The position numbers and the translations under genes are program-made. Source: Syntrophales bacterium (GTDB lineage Bacteria; Desulfobacterota; Syntrophia; Syntrophales; UBA6807). From it: a DNA stretch of 64,000 nucleotides. The stretch's first letter is position 1; each line of letters starts with the position of its first letter. The stretch lies in assembly GCA_040767195.1 (NCBI GenBank), contig JAXGPA010000001.1, positions 896,001-960,000 of the forward strand, in the 5' to 3' direction. Below the pieces are notes generated by a model. The model saw only the letters and a program-made list of their open reading frames with translations. It was not told where the DNA came from and did not search any database. Below, piece after piece: positions 60,971-64,000 of the stretch.

Positions 60971-61777
60971 GTGAAAATAGTGCGCTTCCTCTCGAAGGAT
61001 CTCAAGGAATGTTACGGTGCGTGTCTGCCCGAAGATCCGGGACGGGCCCGGCTTCTCGAAGGGGATCTCTTCGGTTCCTATGCCGTGACGGACAAAACGG
61101 AAGAAATCGGGCGGTATCTTCCGCCTCTCGCGCCTGTTAATATTTTTGCCCTGGGGTTCAATTACGGGAAGCACGCAGAGGAAAGCGAGGTGTCCTATCC
61201 GGAAAATCCGGTGTTGTTCATCAAGGCGACAACCAGCCTCACCGGCCATGAAAGCCCCATTGTCCTTCCCAAGGCCGGTCCGGACGAGGTGGACTACGAA
61301 GCGGAACTCGCCATCGTGATTGGAAAGGCGGGGAAAAACATTCCCGTGGACAGGGCCCTCGATCACGTTTTCGGGTATACTTGCGCCAACGATGTGAGTT
61401 CCCGGGACTGGCAGTTTCACAGGCAGAAAAATCAGTGGACCCGCGGAAAGAGTTTCGACACCTTCTGTCCCCTCGGACCGTACCTGGTCACCCGGGACGC
61501 GCTGGAAAACCCGAACGATCTGCGGATCCGTTCCCTGCTGAACGGAGCCGTGATGCAGGATTCGAGAACGTCGGACATGTTTTTCACCGTTGAAGAAATC
61601 GTGAGCGACTTGAGCCAGTCCATGACCCTGGTGCCCGGGACGGTCATTCTGACGGGGACCCCGGAAGGGGTGGGTTTCGCCCGGGTTCCCCCGGTGTTTC
61701 TCCGGGCGGGCGATCGGATTACCGTTGAAATCGAGGGGCTGGGCGTTCTTTCCAACCCTGTTGTTATGGAAGACTGA
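60971..61777 (+). CDS. Fumarylacetoacetate hydrolase family protein
   Basis: GFNYGKH, PVLFIK, DYEAEL, ANDVSSRD, GKSFDTFCPLGP, ILTGTPEGVG. Confidence 0.92.
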   Translation: MKIVRFLSKDLKECYGACLPEDPGRARLLEGDLFGSYAVTDKTEEIGRYLPPLAPVNIFALGFNYGKHAEESEVSYPENPVLFIKATTSLTGHESPIVLPKAGPDEVDYEAELAIVIGKAGKNIPVDRALDHVFGYTCANDVSSRDWQFHRQKNQWTRGKSFDTFCPLGPYLVTRDALENPNDLRIRSLLNGAVMQDSRTSDMFFTVEEIVSDLSQSMTLVPGTVILTGTPEGVGFARVPPVFLRAGDRITVEIEGLGVLSNPVVMED

Positions 61778-61808
61778 AAAAAAGAAAAAAAGCACAGGAG
61801 GCACTTTC

Positions 61809-63248
61809 ATGAATGGAACACATCAAAGAAGAACCTTGAGAGGCGCTTTCGCCATCGTCACGGGAATTCTGCTCCTGTTCATGGTTCAGGGATATGGGAA
61901 CATTGCAGTGACCGGGTGGGCGTCGGTGACGCCGGACAGCTTCGCCGACCTGGCGGAAAAGCTGAAACCCGCCGTGGTGAACATCAGCACGTCGAAAACG
62001 GTCAGGTCCGGGGGGCTGCAAATGTTTCGGGAGCCCTTCGGCCAGGGCTCCCCCTTCGAGCAGTTTTTTGGGGATGACTTTTTCAGGCGTTTTTTCGGGG
62101 ACATCCCGGAAAGGCAGTTCGAGCAGAAAAGCCTCGGGTCGGGTTTTATCATCAGTGAGGACGGGTACATTTTCACGAACAACCACGTGGTGGAAAAGGC
62201 CGACGAGATCCTGGTGAAACTCTCCGACGAGAAGGAATACAAGGCAAAAGTCGTGGGAACGGACCAGAACATCGACATCGCCCTTCTCAAGATTGAACCG
62301 GATGGACGGCTCCCCGTGGTCACCCTGGGGGATTCGTCGAGACTTCGGGTGGGGGACTGGGTCGTCGCCATCGGGAACCCCTTCGGGCTCAATCAGACCG
62401 TGACGGCTGGGATCGTCAGCGCCAAGGGAAGGGTGATAGGCGCCGGTCCCTATGACGATTTCATTCAGACCGATGCCTCCATCAATCCCGGAAACAGCGG
62501 TGGCCCCCTCTTCAACCTGGCCGGGGAAGTGGTGGGAATCAACACGGCCATCGTCGCCCAGGGCCAGGGCATCGGGTTCGCCATTCCCGTTAACATGGCC
62601 AGGGACGTTCTGGACGATTTGAAGACCCGGGGGAAGGTGGTCCGGGGCTGGCTCGGGGTCTCCATTCAGGAAATCAGTGAAGACATAGCCAAAAACCTGA
62701 ATCTCAAATCCCGGGAGGGGGCCCTGGTGGCCGACGTGTTTGAGGGGGATCCGGCGGACAAGGCCGGCCTCAGGACGGGTGATGTGATTGTCCGTATTGA
62801 CGGGGAGAAAATCAAAGACACCCATGATCTCCTTCAGAAGATCGCCCGGATGCGGGTCGGCCAGAAAACGTCGGTCCAGGTTCTCCGAAACGGAAAGGAA
62901 ATGACGTTTTCCATAACCGTTTCCGAACGTCCCGATCAGGAAAGACTCATAGCCAGAGGAAAAACGAGTCAGTACCTGGGCATGACGGTCCAGGAAATAA
63001 CGCCTGAAATCGCCCGTCATTTCGGTCTCAAAGGCACCGAGGGCGTGGTCGTGAGCGCCGTGGAACCGGACAGCCCCGCCGGAAAGGCCGGGATCGAGGC
63101 GGAGGACGTCATCCTCCAGGTAAATCGGACAGGAATCAAAAACCTGCAGGATTACAATGAAGTCATGGGAAAAGCGGCGGATAAGGAAAGTGTCCTCCTT
63201 CTTATAAAGCGGGGCAGCGCCCAGTACTACGTGGTGGTGCGGAAGTAA
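61809..63248 (+). CDS. degP: DegP/DegQ (HtrA) serine protease with two PDZ domains
   Basis: GSGFII, TNNHVV, DIALLK, QTDASINPGNSGGP. Confidence 0.93.
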   Translation: MNGTHQRRTLRGAFAIVTGILLLFMVQGYGNIAVTGWASVTPDSFADLAEKLKPAVVNISTSKTVRSGGLQMFREPFGQGSPFEQFFGDDFFRRFFGDIPERQFEQKSLGSGFIISEDGYIFTNNHVVEKADEILVKLSDEKEYKAKVVGTDQNIDIALLKIEPDGRLPVVTLGDSSRLRVGDWVVAIGNPFGLNQTVTAGIVSAKGRVIGAGPYDDFIQTDASINPGNSGGPLFNLAGEVVGINTAIVAQGQGIGFAIPVNMARDVLDDLKTRGKVVRGWLGVSIQEISEDIAKNLNLKSREGALVADVFEGDPADKAGLRTGDVIVRIDGEKIKDTHDLLQKIARMRVGQKTSVQVLRNGKEMTFSITVSERPDQERLIARGKTSQYLGMTVQEITPEIARHFGLKGTEGVVVSAVEPDSPAGKAGIEAEDVILQVNRTGIKNLQDYNEVMGKAADKESVLLLIKRGSAQYYVVVRK

Positions 63249-63291
63249 GTCCTTGCCCGTGCCGGAACGCCGGAAGAAGGGAGAGGGGACC

Positions 63292-64000
63292 GTGTCCGCG
63301 GAAAGAACGGGAACCCGCAGCGCCCCGGGGGCCGCGAAGAAGCCGCCGTCGGCGTTCATCCGTTCTCTTTATCGTGTCCTGGCCAGGCATTACGGCGATC
63401 TTCGATGGTGGCCCGGAGAGACCCCCTTCGAGGTCGCCGTCGGGGCGATTCTCACCCAGAACACGAACTGGCGGAACGTGGAAAAGGCCATCGAAAACCT
63501 GAAAAAAGAGAACCTTCTCTCCCCCGCGGCCATCAAAGCGTCGGAAGACGGACGGCTGGAAAAGGCTCTGCGCCCGTCCGGCTTCTACCGTGTGAAGTCG
63601 AAGCGGCTTCGGGCCTTTGCGGACTACCTGGTCCGTTTCTGCGGAGGGACCATGGAGGGCCTCATGGCTGAAGGGGCCGGCGAAATTCGCGCGAAACTTC
63701 TCACGATCCACGGCATCGGCGAGGAAACGGCGGACAGCATCGTCCTTTACGGTCTCGGAAAACCCGTTTTCGTCGTCGACGCCTACACCCGGCGCATCCT
63801 GGAAAGGCACGGGATTTCGGAGGCCCGTGAATCTTATGGGGCCGTTCAGCGGCTTTTCGTCGAGGCCCTTCCGCAAAGCCCGGCGGTCTACAACCAGTGC
63901 CATGCCCTGCTGGTCCAGGTTGGAAAGGATTACTGCCGGAAGGAACCCCGTTGCGACAGCTGTCCTCTTTCCGGTATGAATTCCCCCCCTGGTGCGGGAG
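63292..64000 (+). CDS. Endonuclease III-related HhH-GPD protein (3' end outside window)
   Basis: Manual translation: WWPGETPFEVAVGAILTQNTNW, GIGEETADSI, FVVDAYTRR, C-terminal CRKEPRCDSCPL Fe-S motif. Confidence 0.85.
   Translation, partial: MSAERTGTRSAPGAAKKPPSAFIRSLYRVLARHYGDLRWWPGETPFEVAVGAILTQNTNWRNVEKAIENLKKENLLSPAAIKASEDGRLEKALRPSGFYRVKSKRLRAFADYLVRFCGGTMEGLMAEGAGEIRAKLLTIHGIGEETADSIVLYGLGKPVFVVDAYTRRILERHGISEARESYGAVQRLFVEALPQSPAVYNQCHALLVQVGKDYCRKEPRCDSCPLSGMNSPPGAG

Overview
GC-rich bacterial chromosomal segment containing the replication origin. Gene content (desulfoferrodoxin, DUF748 protein, selenoprotein candidates) suggests an anaerobic deltaproteobacterium, possibly Syntrophales-like; this is inference only. 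Left to right: a GT2 glycosyltransferase (partial); a complete pstSCAB-phoU-phoR-phoB cluster with a four-repeat Pho box; vapBC; a SagB-type nitroreductase; SulP; envelope lipoproteins; oxidative-stress genes; DUF748; alaC; an IS5-type fragment; transporters; an AT-rich methyltransferase islet; a ~20 kb minus-strand run (rsmG-parA-parB-dnaA-dnaN-gyrB-gyrA-archease-rtcB-trxB-fmdB-lgt-CoA-disulfide reductase-diiron protein-prenyltransferase...); glnA; a Kdo8N/LPS-core cluster (kdnB-like, kdnA, hldD, kdsB); an MCE operon with a degenerate ATPase; degP; and a partial HhH-GPD gene. The most notable signal is absent from the ORF track. Upstream of alaC lie a sigma70 promoter, a 29-aa Ala-rich leader peptide, a long antiterminator hairpin and tandem intrinsic terminators, the full architecture of an alanine-sensing ribosome-mediated transcription attenuator. 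Two genes also appear to be UGA-readthrough selenoproteins with SECIS-like hairpins. All calls come from reading the sequence by eye; no database searches were run.
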